From the NCBI GenBank assembly GCA_001775995.1, contig MEZH01000012.1, forward strand, positions 12,031-24,234: DNA of 12,204 nt. Direction: 5' to 3'. Made by a program: the position numbers and the translations under genes. Below, one piece after another: positions 1 to 6,637 of the stretch. The stretch comes from Candidatus Bathyarchaeota archaeon RBG_16_48_13 (GTDB lineage: Archaea; Thermoproteota; Bathyarchaeia; RBG-16-48-13). Within the stretch, counting starts at the first letter, position 1; each line of letters starts with the position of its first letter. Below the pieces are notes generated by a model, which saw nothing but the letters and a program-made list of their open reading frames with translations, was not told the origin of the DNA and ran no database searches.

Positions 1-50
1 GACTCATCGACCGTGGTGTTGCAGCTAGGACAAACCACTTTTTGACTCAT
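1..50 (-). CDS. 5' end of a putative zinc-ribbon (CxxC) protein running off the left edge: MSQKVVCPSCNTTVDE(S)...
   Basis: ATG at 50-48 on the minus strand, open to the edge, with a CPSC motif at residues 7-10. It follows an AT-rich promoter-like stretch and is not in the ORF track. Only 16 codons are visible. Confidence 0.5.
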   Translation of the reverse strand, partial: MSQKVVCPSCNTTVDE

Positions 51-82
51 TAGGATTCCCAACATAACTTAAAAAACCCAAA

Positions 83-100
83 GTATAAAAAGAAATTTCC
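83..100 (-). promoter_or_regulatory. Putative TATA box (TTTATAC, 89-83) with a purine-rich upstream element, for the left-edge ORF
   Basis: Minus strand reads ggaaatttcttTTTATACtt about 33-39 nt upstream of the ATG at 50. The same T-rich tract could also terminate the hcs transcript. Confidence 0.3.
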
Positions 101-162
101 GAAAAACAATATGGAAAGTGACCAAGGAATCAGAATGGTATATGGAGCGATGTACGATTTCA

Positions 163-1551
163 CTATTGGCTGTTGGACCCAAACTTCTTGAGTATGAGGC
201 TTGAGTTAGTTCCTATGACGCCCCCAACCCCGCGTATGCCCTCCAAGGTCTGATTGAGCTCCGAGACTGAGTCTGCCACCACCTTGGCCTCTACGTCGAA
301 CTCGCCGCTAATTTCATTGACATCGATCACTCCCTTCAGAGAGGAGATCTTGCGAGCCACCGCAGTCGTATACACATTTGAGTCGCATTTTATGAGGATA
401 ACGACCTCGACTCTCTTGGGAACTGCCGCTGCGAAACTCATCCCCGAAGTTTTCTCAGCCAACTCTACCAGGTCAGCGTCCCGATAGTTCCTCATGGTCG
501 GGTTGTTCTTTATGCGCTCCAAAACGGCTTCAATCTGTTCACTGCTCAATTGAATTCCGAGTCGTTCCAACTGGTACTTGACGGCGTGCCTGCCAGTGTA
601 TTTGTCGATGATTATGGCTCGGTGCCTGCCGATCAATTCTGGAGGAAAAGCCTCATACGTGGCTGGGTTTGCCAAGACTCCGGCTGCGTGGACGCCAGAC
701 TTATGTGAGAAGGCATTCTCTCCTACTACAGGTGAATTCTGCGACCTGACAATGCCGCTGTACCTCTCGACCATGACGGATAAGGCGGGAAGTTGCTCAA
801 GCTTCACAGTGTCCATATTATAGATGACCTTCAACGCGGTGGCGACGTCTGCGAGCGGCGCTATTCCCGTCCTCTCTCCAAGTCCATTGACAGAAACATG
901 CACCGCAGTAGCACCAGCCTCTAAGGCTGCTAACGAGTTGGCGACCGCCATCCCCAAGTCGTTATGGCAATGGGCATCGAACTCGGCGTTCACCTCCTTG
1001 ACCAACCTGCGATACAGATCGCCCATGGCAGCAGGCCTCATGATCCCGACAGTGTCCGGGACGCTGATCCTGTCGGCACCCGCCTCTGCGGCGGCTCTAC
1101 ATATTCTGAGGAGATAGTTGTACTCGGTTCTCGATGCGTCTTCGGCTGTGAACCTGACCTTGAGACCATGGCTCCTTGCATACGTTACGACATCCATGAC
1201 CCTCTTCACGGCTTCTTCTTGATCCAAATGAAGCTGGTCGTGAAGGTGCGTATATGACGTTCCCAAGAATATGGCGACGCGATCCACATCGCATCTTGCG
1301 GCTGCATCCACATCCGCTTTGACAGCCCTGGCGTGCGCCAGTATCTCAGCTTTCAGCCCCAAAGAGGCGATCTTCTTCACAGCCTCATGAACATCCGGAG
1401 AGACGTTAGGGTGACCGGCTTCGATCATCGGAACCCCTATCTCGTCCAATTTCTGAGCGATCTCGATCTTCTCGGGGATTGTGAATGAGACGCCAGGCGT
1501 TTGCTCGCCCTCTCTTAACGTTGAGTCAAGGATGTAGGCTTTTTCAATCAT
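163..1551 (-). CDS. hcs: Homocitrate synthase (DRE-TIM/HMGL-like) with a C-terminal Lrp/AsnC ligand-binding (RAM) domain, 462 aa
   Basis: Motifs DSTLREGEQTPG, ILAHARA, RFTAEDASR (Arg typical of 2-oxoglutarate-using HCS rather than IPMS), HCHNDLG, NGLGERTG and HKSGVH. The last ~80 aa (VEVVILIKC...EISGEFDVEAKV...TNSSLIL) fit an AsnC-type domain. Start moved to ATG 1551, which has GGTGG 6 nt upstream and a TATA box at 1601-1594. Confidence 0.88.
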   Translation of the reverse strand: MIEKAYILDSTLREGEQTPGVSFTIPEKIEIAQKLDEIGVPMIEAGHPNVSPDVHEAVKKIASLGLKAEILAHARAVKADVDAAARCDVDRVAIFLGTSYTHLHDQLHLDQEEAVKRVMDVVTYARSHGLKVRFTAEDASRTEYNYLLRICRAAAEAGADRISVPDTVGIMRPAAMGDLYRRLVKEVNAEFDAHCHNDLGMAVANSLAALEAGATAVHVSVNGLGERTGIAPLADVATALKVIYNMDTVKLEQLPALSVMVERYSGIVRSQNSPVVGENAFSHKSGVHAAGVLANPATYEAFPPELIGRHRAIIIDKYTGRHAVKYQLERLGIQLSSEQIEAVLERIKNNPTMRNYRDADLVELAEKTSGMSFAAAVPKRVEVVILIKCDSNVYTTAVARKISSLKGVIDVNEISGEFDVEAKVVADSVSELNQTLEGIRGVGGVIGTNSSLILKKFGSNSQ

Positions 1552-1593
1552 AACGCGCCACCAACGAGGGGAAAACAAATCACGCCCAGATGA

Positions 1594-1609
1594 TATATAA
1601 ATCTTTTCG
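1594..1609 (-). promoter_or_regulatory. Archaeal promoter for hcs: BRE-like CGAAAAGA followed by TATA box TTTATATA
   Basis: Minus strand reads cgaaaagaTTTATATAtc, about 43-50 nt upstream of ATG 1551. Confidence 0.65.
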
Positions 1610-1676
1610 TGAAAGAGCTATGAAAAGCGGAGTTTTTGTTGATTCAGATTACGCTACACGTAGGGCATTGGAGATT

Positions 1677-1702
1677 TGATTGACACTTGCTTTGTCAAAT
1701 CA
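1677..1702. promoter_or_regulatory. Inverted repeat TTGACA-N7-TGTCAA (extended form TGATTGACA...TGTCAAATCA), possible operator
   Basis: ttgaca 1680-1685, spacer cttgctt, tgtcaa 1693-1698. It lies in the divergent hcs/ferritin intergenic region. Confidence 0.35.
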
Positions 1703-1790
1703 GTCGAAACGGCATCCTTGGCGACCGACGTCGAACCTACATATTATTGTTCTACGCTGAAATAATCAGTAAATCTTGGGTGAGAATGTA

Positions 1791-2227
1791 GTGAGCAGCA
1801 AAGAAAATGCGAAGAAGAAGCTCCTGGAGATTTTGAACCAGTCAATATCGCGCGAAATCGCAGTCTCAATTCAGTACATGTGGAATCACGTCATGGCCAT
1901 AGGCACGAACGCCGAAGATATCGGCGGAGTATTTGAGGACTTTGCAAAAGTTGAGATGAAGCACGCCGAAAAGTTCGCAGAGCGGATATGGTACCGGGTG
2001 GAGAGCCAACAACAAAGCTTACCGAAATAAAGGTGGTCAAGGACGGAAACATAAGGAGAATGCTCGAGGATGGCGTAACCGCTGAGAAAGAAGCCATGCC
2101 ACTGTACCGTTCCGCGGTTAAGGTGGCCATGGAAGCTGACGATCCGGTCTCGCGTCTTCTCTACGAGGAGATCCTCGGCGACGAAGAAGGACACGACGAC
2201 AAGTTCACCACGTTATTTGGCAAGTAA
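1791..2227 (+). pseudogene. Bacterioferritin-like (ferritin-like diiron) protein of ~145 aa, split by a 1-nt deletion at ~1995-1996 (pseudogene or sequencing error)
   Basis: The first frame gives REIAVSIQY...VEMKHAEKFAERIWY. The overlapping frame continues GGEPTTKL...AEKEA...EEGHDDKF. Together they contain the four-helix ferroxidase ligands (E, ExxH, E, ExxH) and the Bfr-type Met in EMKH. Inserting one base in TAC C^G GGT restores W-Y-L-G-G. GTG start at 1791 has GGTGA at 1779-1783. Confidence 0.85.
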
Positions 2228-2247
2228 CCTCCGACCATAAGACACAC

Positions 2248-2270
2248 TCTTTTTTCTATTTCCTTGTTTT
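2248..2270 (+). terminator. T-rich archaeal-type terminator after the ferritin-like gene
   Basis: tcttttttctatttccttgtttt begins ~20 nt after the TAA at 2227. Confidence 0.45.
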
Positions 2271-2303
2271 CCAGGGGAGCTCACGGTCTTCTTTGAATAA
2301 TCC

Positions 2304-2311
2304 TATTATAT
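2304..2311 (+). promoter_or_regulatory. Possible TATA box (TATTATAT) for the membrane-protein gene
   Basis: It ends 30 nt upstream of ATG 2342, is preceded by gaataa, and there is no clear SD, which fits a short-leader transcript. Confidence 0.35.
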
Positions 2312-2341
2312 GTTGCCCTCAGAGAAAGTAGAACGACCTAA

Positions 2342-4366
2342 ATGGGCGTCCGAAGTTCGATAGAAACCAATCTGTTTTCCAGACGAATACTCATTCCCAC
2401 AGCGCTCTTCTTCCTGAACCTCTTCATTGTTTTGCCGCTATTTCAGGGCGAGTATACGAGCAACTTGGGATCTATAGAGTGCGCATACATTACCCAAGCC
2501 AAGTTTGTCTCCGAGAATTTACCCGATCTTGCATGGTTCTCGAACTGGTATTGCGGTTTCCCCTTCCACCTATCCTACGTTCCGCTAGTCCCATACTTGA
2601 CCTATCTTGTTCGGGCAGTTCTTTCCTTGTCTTCCCTTTCTCATGCATACAGAATTCTGACAGCACTCGCCTACGCTCTCGGGCCCGTAACCTTGTACTT
2701 CATGATCAGGTATCTGTCGAAAAGAGAATTGCCAGGGGTTGTTGGAGCTGTGGTCTACAGCCTCTTGCCTTCGATGGCGTTCCCCATGTCCTCAGCCTTC
2801 ACTCTGGTCCCGTGGAGGCTCATAGTCATGACGGTATATGGGGAAGGACCTCATATTCTGGGGCTGACCCTCATTCCATTGGCTACGATCGCTTTCATGG
2901 AATCACTGAAAAGAAAGGCGTTCAGGTACTACCTAGCAACCGCGCTCATGATCTCCCTGGTGGCGCTGACCAACCTCATAGCCCTTTTTTCGCTAGCCGT
3001 GATCATGGCCATAACACTCCTGGCTGAGATCAACATCAAGAACTGGAGAGGAAAGCTCAGGTCCACATTCATTTCATCGGCCCTGGCATACGGTCTAGTG
3101 GCTTTCCAATATGACTCCCGCTACATAGCGTATTCCTTCAGCTATGGTGCCATCGGCTCGAACGCGCCACCCTCAGCCGGACCACTCCAATCCCTCATCC
3201 TCATTCTTGTCATTTCCTCGATAATGCTCCTATTGTTTTGTGCTCGTAAGAGTCCCGCTCCTCTGCTTTGGAGCCTGATGGGCTTCTCAGCGTTCCTCAC
3301 TTTTGTGGTCGCGTGGGTGCTGGGGGTGACGTTGGTTCCACAGCCTTACCGATACGTTCCCGAGGCGACAATGTTCATCTCGGTCCTCTTGGGCCTGGAT
3401 CCCTTCAACTTCGTAGGGACTATCAGGAGAGCCGTTGGGAGCTCAAGGCGAAGGGTTCGCATATTGATCTTATTCCTATTGACTTCCATCTTTCTTTACT
3501 CATGTCTGACATTCATGGCAGGTTATCCTGTTACCCGCCCAAACGAAGGTATAGAAGGGACTTCGGAGTACAGGGTCGCCCAATGGCTGCAGGAGGCTCA
3601 CGTCGAAGGAAGGATCTATGCCACAGGCAACATGGCGTTTTGGCTGGACCTGTTCTCCGATGTCCCCCAGATCAGAGGAGGGTACGACAGCGCTGCCACC
3701 AATGGCTGGTGGTCGCTAGTCAACAGCGAAGTGGATGGCGGCTCTGATGGAAGCCTCTCAGTTCTATGGCTGAAGGCAACTGACGCGAAATACGTAGTGG
3801 TCACCTACCAGAACGCATTCACTACGTACAAGGACTACAGATATCCAGACAAATTTCGGGACATATTGGAGATGAGGTACTATCTTGAGGGCTTCGGGGT
3901 ATTTGAAATCCATCTGAAGAATCCAGGGTTGATCCAAGTAGTCAATCTCGAAGAGGCCCAAAGCCTGAAACCGATCGAGAACATCACAGACCGGGTGAAC
4001 TTGTCGTCGTACGTTGACCTCGTCGAGGCCCCGGTTAAGGTGAATAGCAGCTACGAGTCGATCGGAACCGGAAAAATGAGAATCAAGATTGATGGACTTG
4101 CGGAAAACACAGCTCTGCTTGTCAAGGCAACATATGACATGTCGTGGAAGGCCTATTCCGGTCAAGAAACGCTCAGTATATCAGAGATTGGACCGGATTT
4201 CATGCTCGTAGATCTAGGCCATGCCAAATCTAGCATCGTGGAGTTGGTCTATGAACAGCCTATCGGAGAAACCGTGGGACTAATCATCTCGATTGTCGTT
4301 CTCTTGTCGTGCGCTAGCTGCGGGTCGTTTCTCTGGTACAGGAACTATAGGAAACACCTTGATTGA
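2342..4366 (+). CDS. Large polytopic membrane protein, PTPS-related/YfhO-like (GT-C-like glycosyltransferase architecture), 674 aa
   Basis: One N-terminal TM, a loop containing SIE and WFSNWYCGFPFHLSYVPL (resembles the W..WY.G.P...YPPL motif of the PTPS_related family), about 10-12 more hydrophobic segments, a ~240-aa soluble domain, then a C-terminal TM with a basic tail (RNYRKHLD). The donor and acceptor cannot be determined. Confidence 0.6.
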   Translation: MGVRSSIETNLFSRRILIPTALFFLNLFIVLPLFQGEYTSNLGSIECAYITQAKFVSENLPDLAWFSNWYCGFPFHLSYVPLVPYLTYLVRAVLSLSSLSHAYRILTALAYALGPVTLYFMIRYLSKRELPGVVGAVVYSLLPSMAFPMSSAFTLVPWRLIVMTVYGEGPHILGLTLIPLATIAFMESLKRKAFRYYLATALMISLVALTNLIALFSLAVIMAITLLAEINIKNWRGKLRSTFISSALAYGLVAFQYDSRYIAYSFSYGAIGSNAPPSAGPLQSLILILVISSIMLLLFCARKSPAPLLWSLMGFSAFLTFVVAWVLGVTLVPQPYRYVPEATMFISVLLGLDPFNFVGTIRRAVGSSRRRVRILILFLLTSIFLYSCLTFMAGYPVTRPNEGIEGTSEYRVAQWLQEAHVEGRIYATGNMAFWLDLFSDVPQIRGGYDSAATNGWWSLVNSEVDGGSDGSLSVLWLKATDAKYVVVTYQNAFTTYKDYRYPDKFRDILEMRYYLEGFGVFEIHLKNPGLIQVVNLEEAQSLKPIENITDRVNLSSYVDLVEAPVKVNSSYESIGTGKMRIKIDGLAENTALLVKATYDMSWKAYSGQETLSISEIGPDFMLVDLGHAKSSIVELVYEQPIGETVGLIISIVVLLSCASCGSFLWYRNYRKHLD

Positions 4367-4539
4367 GTTCCATTCCTCGCGAACGGATAGATGAAGCGTT
4401 GGATGACATTTACGGCAACTTGTCCAGACTTGACTACCTAGAGAGTTCGGGTCCACTAGAGAAGCCGGTTCTGAAGGTTTCAACGATGAGGCATCCCCAA
4501 TACAGGATCTTCCCAGGAGCGAGACAAAGGAATGCCTGA
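4363..4539 (+). CDS. Hypothetical 58-aa ORF (MSSIPRERIDEALDDIYGNLSRLDYLESSGPLEKPVLKVSTMRHPQYRIFPGARQRNA)
   Basis: The TTG start overlaps the upstream stop as TTGA (4363-4366), and the frame is open to TGA 4537-4539. Not in the ORF track. No family recognised. Confidence 0.3.
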   Translation: MSSIPRERIDEALDDIYGNLSRLDYLESSGPLEKPVLKVSTMRHPQYRIFPGARQRNA

Positions 4540-4594
4540 AGCAGTATTACTGAACCATCTCTGGACCGCAAGCTTCCTCTGATCTCATCCAGGC

Positions 4595-4616
4595 TCAGTC
4601 TCAGACGTCAGACTGA
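4595..4616. repeat. Hairpin/inverted repeat TCAGTCT-N8-AGACTGA between convergent genes
   Basis: Perfect 7-bp arms at 4595-4601 and 4610-4616, with loop cagacgtc, 35 nt beyond the top6A stop codon. Confidence 0.4.
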
Positions 4617-4650
4617 AATGGTGACGAAACGGTATTTGCGAGAAGGAATA

Positions 4651-5787
4651 CTAGGAGAACCCAATTTCCTTTATTTTGTCCTTAAGGTATTTGTCCACGA
4701 CGAAGGATAGACCGTATCGGCTGAAAGCTTCAAGCTCACATTTTCTCTTGAGTTTCTCGTATAGGGCAATCTCCTTCTGCCAGACCGTGTTCTTGAATGC
4801 GGGGGTGTCGAAGAACTGGGCCAGTTTATCCAGCTTCTCTACGTCGCTTCCCCTCTTCTGCATGGTCCTGTCGGTCATCCTGACCGTTGGGAGCTTGTAC
4901 TTCACTATGTCCGAGGCGTATATGCCCGCCCAGACAGCTTCTGGTGTGTTGAGATCCCTCAGATGGGCGCAGTTCACAGAGCCGTGAATGATCACCGAAG
5001 CGATCGAAATGCCCCAAGGATCTCCGTCAGTGAGGATCATAACAGGGAGGTCGAGCTCGGTGCTCAGCCGCCTTATCAGCTTGCGCGTCGCCCGGGGAGC
5101 CTGGCCTTCCGAACTTATCAGGAGAGCATTGAACTTCTTGTAGGCGCCTTCCTCAATAAACCGGGTAAACATTGCGTGCTTTTCTACGACGATTAGCTTG
5201 TCAGCTTGACATTTGACGAACTCCGCAGACGTCATCGGGGGCCCGATAACCGTACCATTGGGGTCGAGAGCCGTGTTGCGTTTTTGACCCTCCCATCCGG
5301 GAGGCGAGGTGTACTCGACCGTTAGGTCGCCGAAGATTGCGCTCCTCTCTTTGGGATATATATGGAGATCCTCCCTAGCCGCGTTCAGGACGGTCTCGAG
5401 ATCAGTTATTATGTCATCCGACTCGGATTGCTCGGCGAATTGAATCTCTGTGCCCTCGCCCTGAGCCATGTAAAAGACATCCCGAAGGGTGCTGGTCTTG
5501 TTCTGTTCCAGAAGTTCCTTCCCGACCGTCGAGACCCAGAGTATCTGACTCAGGGGTTTGAGATTGCGGCGGTTGTGGGCACTCCTCTTTATCGTCTTCG
5601 GACCCAAGACATACTGCCCCAGTTTCTCGTCCATCTTGATGTTCTGGCTGGTCCTAGACTTGATGTCCACCCACGGAAATTTCCGGTCCTCTATCTGATC
5701 GTAGATCCTGGTGCCGAGTCCCTTGAGGCTGTCAGTTACTTGACGATTCCTCATCTTTATAGTACCGATGGTTTTCCTGCCCGACAT
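4651..5787 (-). CDS. top6A: DNA topoisomerase VI subunit A (Spo11-like, type IIB), 378 aa
   Basis: Winged-helix motif STLRDVFY with catalytic Tyr106 (codon 5472-5470), EQSESD, Toprim VVEK...FTRF, GQAPRATR, TDGDPWG (DxD) and C-terminal KCELEAFSRYGL. Start set to ATG 5787, with GAGGT at 5803-5799. Confidence 0.93.
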   Translation of the reverse strand: MSGRKTIGTIKMRNRQVTDSLKGLGTRIYDQIEDRKFPWVDIKSRTSQNIKMDEKLGQYVLGPKTIKRSAHNRRNLKPLSQILWVSTVGKELLEQNKTSTLRDVFYMAQGEGTEIQFAEQSESDDIITDLETVLNAAREDLHIYPKERSAIFGDLTVEYTSPPGWEGQKRNTALDPNGTVIGPPMTSAEFVKCQADKLIVVEKHAMFTRFIEEGAYKKFNALLISSEGQAPRATRKLIRRLSTELDLPVMILTDGDPWGISIASVIIHGSVNCAHLRDLNTPEAVWAGIYASDIVKYKLPTVRMTDRTMQKRGSDVEKLDKLAQFFDTPAFKNTVWQKEIALYEKLKRKCELEAFSRYGLSFVVDKYLKDKIKEIGFS

Positions 5788-5934
5788 GTTCAGCGAAGAC
5801 CTCAGAAGTTTGACATGCGATAATCGGCTCAATTGAAAATAAAGATATCTCTCGACCATAGTCGACTTTGGGCAAAACAATTCAGAAAAAATGAGGTTTT
5901 GAAGGAAGAAAGACAGGGATCTGCGAAAGGATCT

Positions 5935-6480
5935 CTAGAGCCAAGTTTTCTTTAGTGGCATACAAAGTATCTCTCGCACTTCGAGTCGCTTTGTCTCATC
6001 CCTAATGAATGCCTCGGCTGTTGTCGTGGAACGAGCCACTATCGCTGTATCAGCGCCTCTAGAAGTGCCTCCTACCGCTATCACGCTGTTGTAGGGCGGC
6101 ACCAGATCCATATCTGTTGCGATCAGGACTATCTCCATAGCCACCTTGAAACCCTGTCCCATGGTGAAGAGGGTGTCTCTCACCACGTCCATTCCCTTGG
6201 CGTGAAAAGGCAGATGAGTTCTCTCAGCAGCTTTCACCCCGAGTTCCTCCATCTCTTTTCTGTAGTCGACTTCCATCTTCTCATGAGATATGGCAACTAC
6301 GCCGGCTTTTCCTTTGAACGCCTTCGCGAACTTCAGTCCCGTCACGCCCTTCGTGGTTGCCACGATGATCTTGGAGACGTCTCCCTCATCCAAACGAGTT
6401 TGGACGGCCTCGAGGACCTCGTCTGTGTTTTCCTGACCTGGCCTATCGAAATAGACTATTGCCTTATAGTTGGCAGGCAT
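5935..6480 (-). CDS. Pyruvate kinase C-terminal (alpha/beta)-like conserved protein, COG1751 / MTH1675-like, 181 aa
   Basis: IVYFDRPGQENTDEVL, IIVATTKGVTG, GQGFKVAMEI, VIAVGGTSRGADTAIV and EVREILCMP are hallmark segments of this family. GGAGG lies 6 nt upstream of the ATG. Confidence 0.85.
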   Translation of the reverse strand: MPANYKAIVYFDRPGQENTDEVLEAVQTRLDEGDVSKIIVATTKGVTGLKFAKAFKGKAGVVAISHEKMEVDYRKEMEELGVKAAERTHLPFHAKGMDVVRDTLFTMGQGFKVAMEIVLIATDMDLVPPYNSVIAVGGTSRGADTAIVARSTTTAEAFIRDETKRLEVREILCMPLKKTWL

Positions 6481-6522
6481 CGTAAACCTCCAGAGAATTA
6501 TCTACTCATAGACTACGAAACG

Positions 6523-6540
6523 TTATTAAATCTTTTTTTG
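6523..6540 (-). promoter_or_regulatory. Promoter of the COG1751 gene: BRE-like CAAAAAAAGA followed by TATA box TTTAATAA
   Basis: Minus strand reads caaaaaaagaTTTAATAAcg, about 43-50 nt upstream of ATG 6480. Confidence 0.6.
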
Positions 6541-6579
6541 AGTGCCTCCCTGAACGCAGGCAAGCATGAAAGATATTAC

Positions 6580-6598
6580 TGAGAAACATATTTTCTCA
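6580..6598. promoter_or_regulatory. Perfect inverted repeat TGAGAAA-N5-TTTCTCA, candidate transcription-factor site
   Basis: Arms at 6580-6586 and 6592-6598, lying between the two divergent TATA boxes. Confidence 0.5.
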
Positions 6599-6602
6599 CA
6601 TA

Positions 6603-6637
6603 GAAATGCTTTAATAACAATATTTAAATAGCATTTC
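6603..6637 (+). promoter_or_regulatory. TATA box TTTAAATA (6623-6630) of the homocysteine operon, flanked by the inverted repeat GAAATGCT...AGCATTTC
   Basis: Canonical archaeal TATA box. The 8-bp arms are at 6603-6610 and 6630-6637. A predicted TSS near 6655 leaves a leader containing GGAGG (6672-6676) before ATG 6688. Confidence 0.6.

Noticed and set aside
163-1578. Annotation as 2-isopropylmalate or citramalate synthase; TTG start at 1578
   Set aside because: LREGEQ, the His in ILAHA and RFTAED fit HCS, and the LeuA-type regulatory domain is absent. The TTG at 1578 is too close to the TATA box, while ATG 1551 has an SD.
1776-2227. Two separate small genes, or a programmed -1 frameshift, at the ferritin locus
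   Set aside because: The ORFs are two halves of one four-helix bundle. There is no canonical slippery heptamer or convincing downstream structure.
4280-4483. 67-aa minus-strand ORF containing a CxxCH (CRKCH) heme-c-like motif
   Set aside because: It overlaps the membrane-protein gene in antisense, has no signal peptide or SD, and has no cytochrome maturation context. A chance motif is likely.
4483-4539. Possible C/D box sRNA (ACGATGA...CTGA, 57 nt)
   Set aside because: The C box is imperfect and there is no recognisable D'/C' pair at the expected spacing.
4462-4580. Minus-strand GAGGAAGC...CAGAACCGGCTT resembling the RNase P RNA conserved P4 regions
   Set aside because: The motifs are only ~110 nt apart, P4 pairing is incomplete, and no P1/P2 complementarity is visible in the flanks.
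5852-5865. TCGAC-cata-GTCGA inverted repeat upstream of top6A
   Set aside because: The arms are only 5 bp and partly explained by self-palindromic TCGA, so this is expected by chance.
4651-5880. Top6A as a mobile-element 'Mini-A' or sign of an integrated element; also the 409-aa start at 5880
   Set aside because: The protein is full length, and there is no integrase, att repeat or viral gene nearby. The 31-aa extension from TTG 5880 is non-homologous and covers promoter-like sequence.
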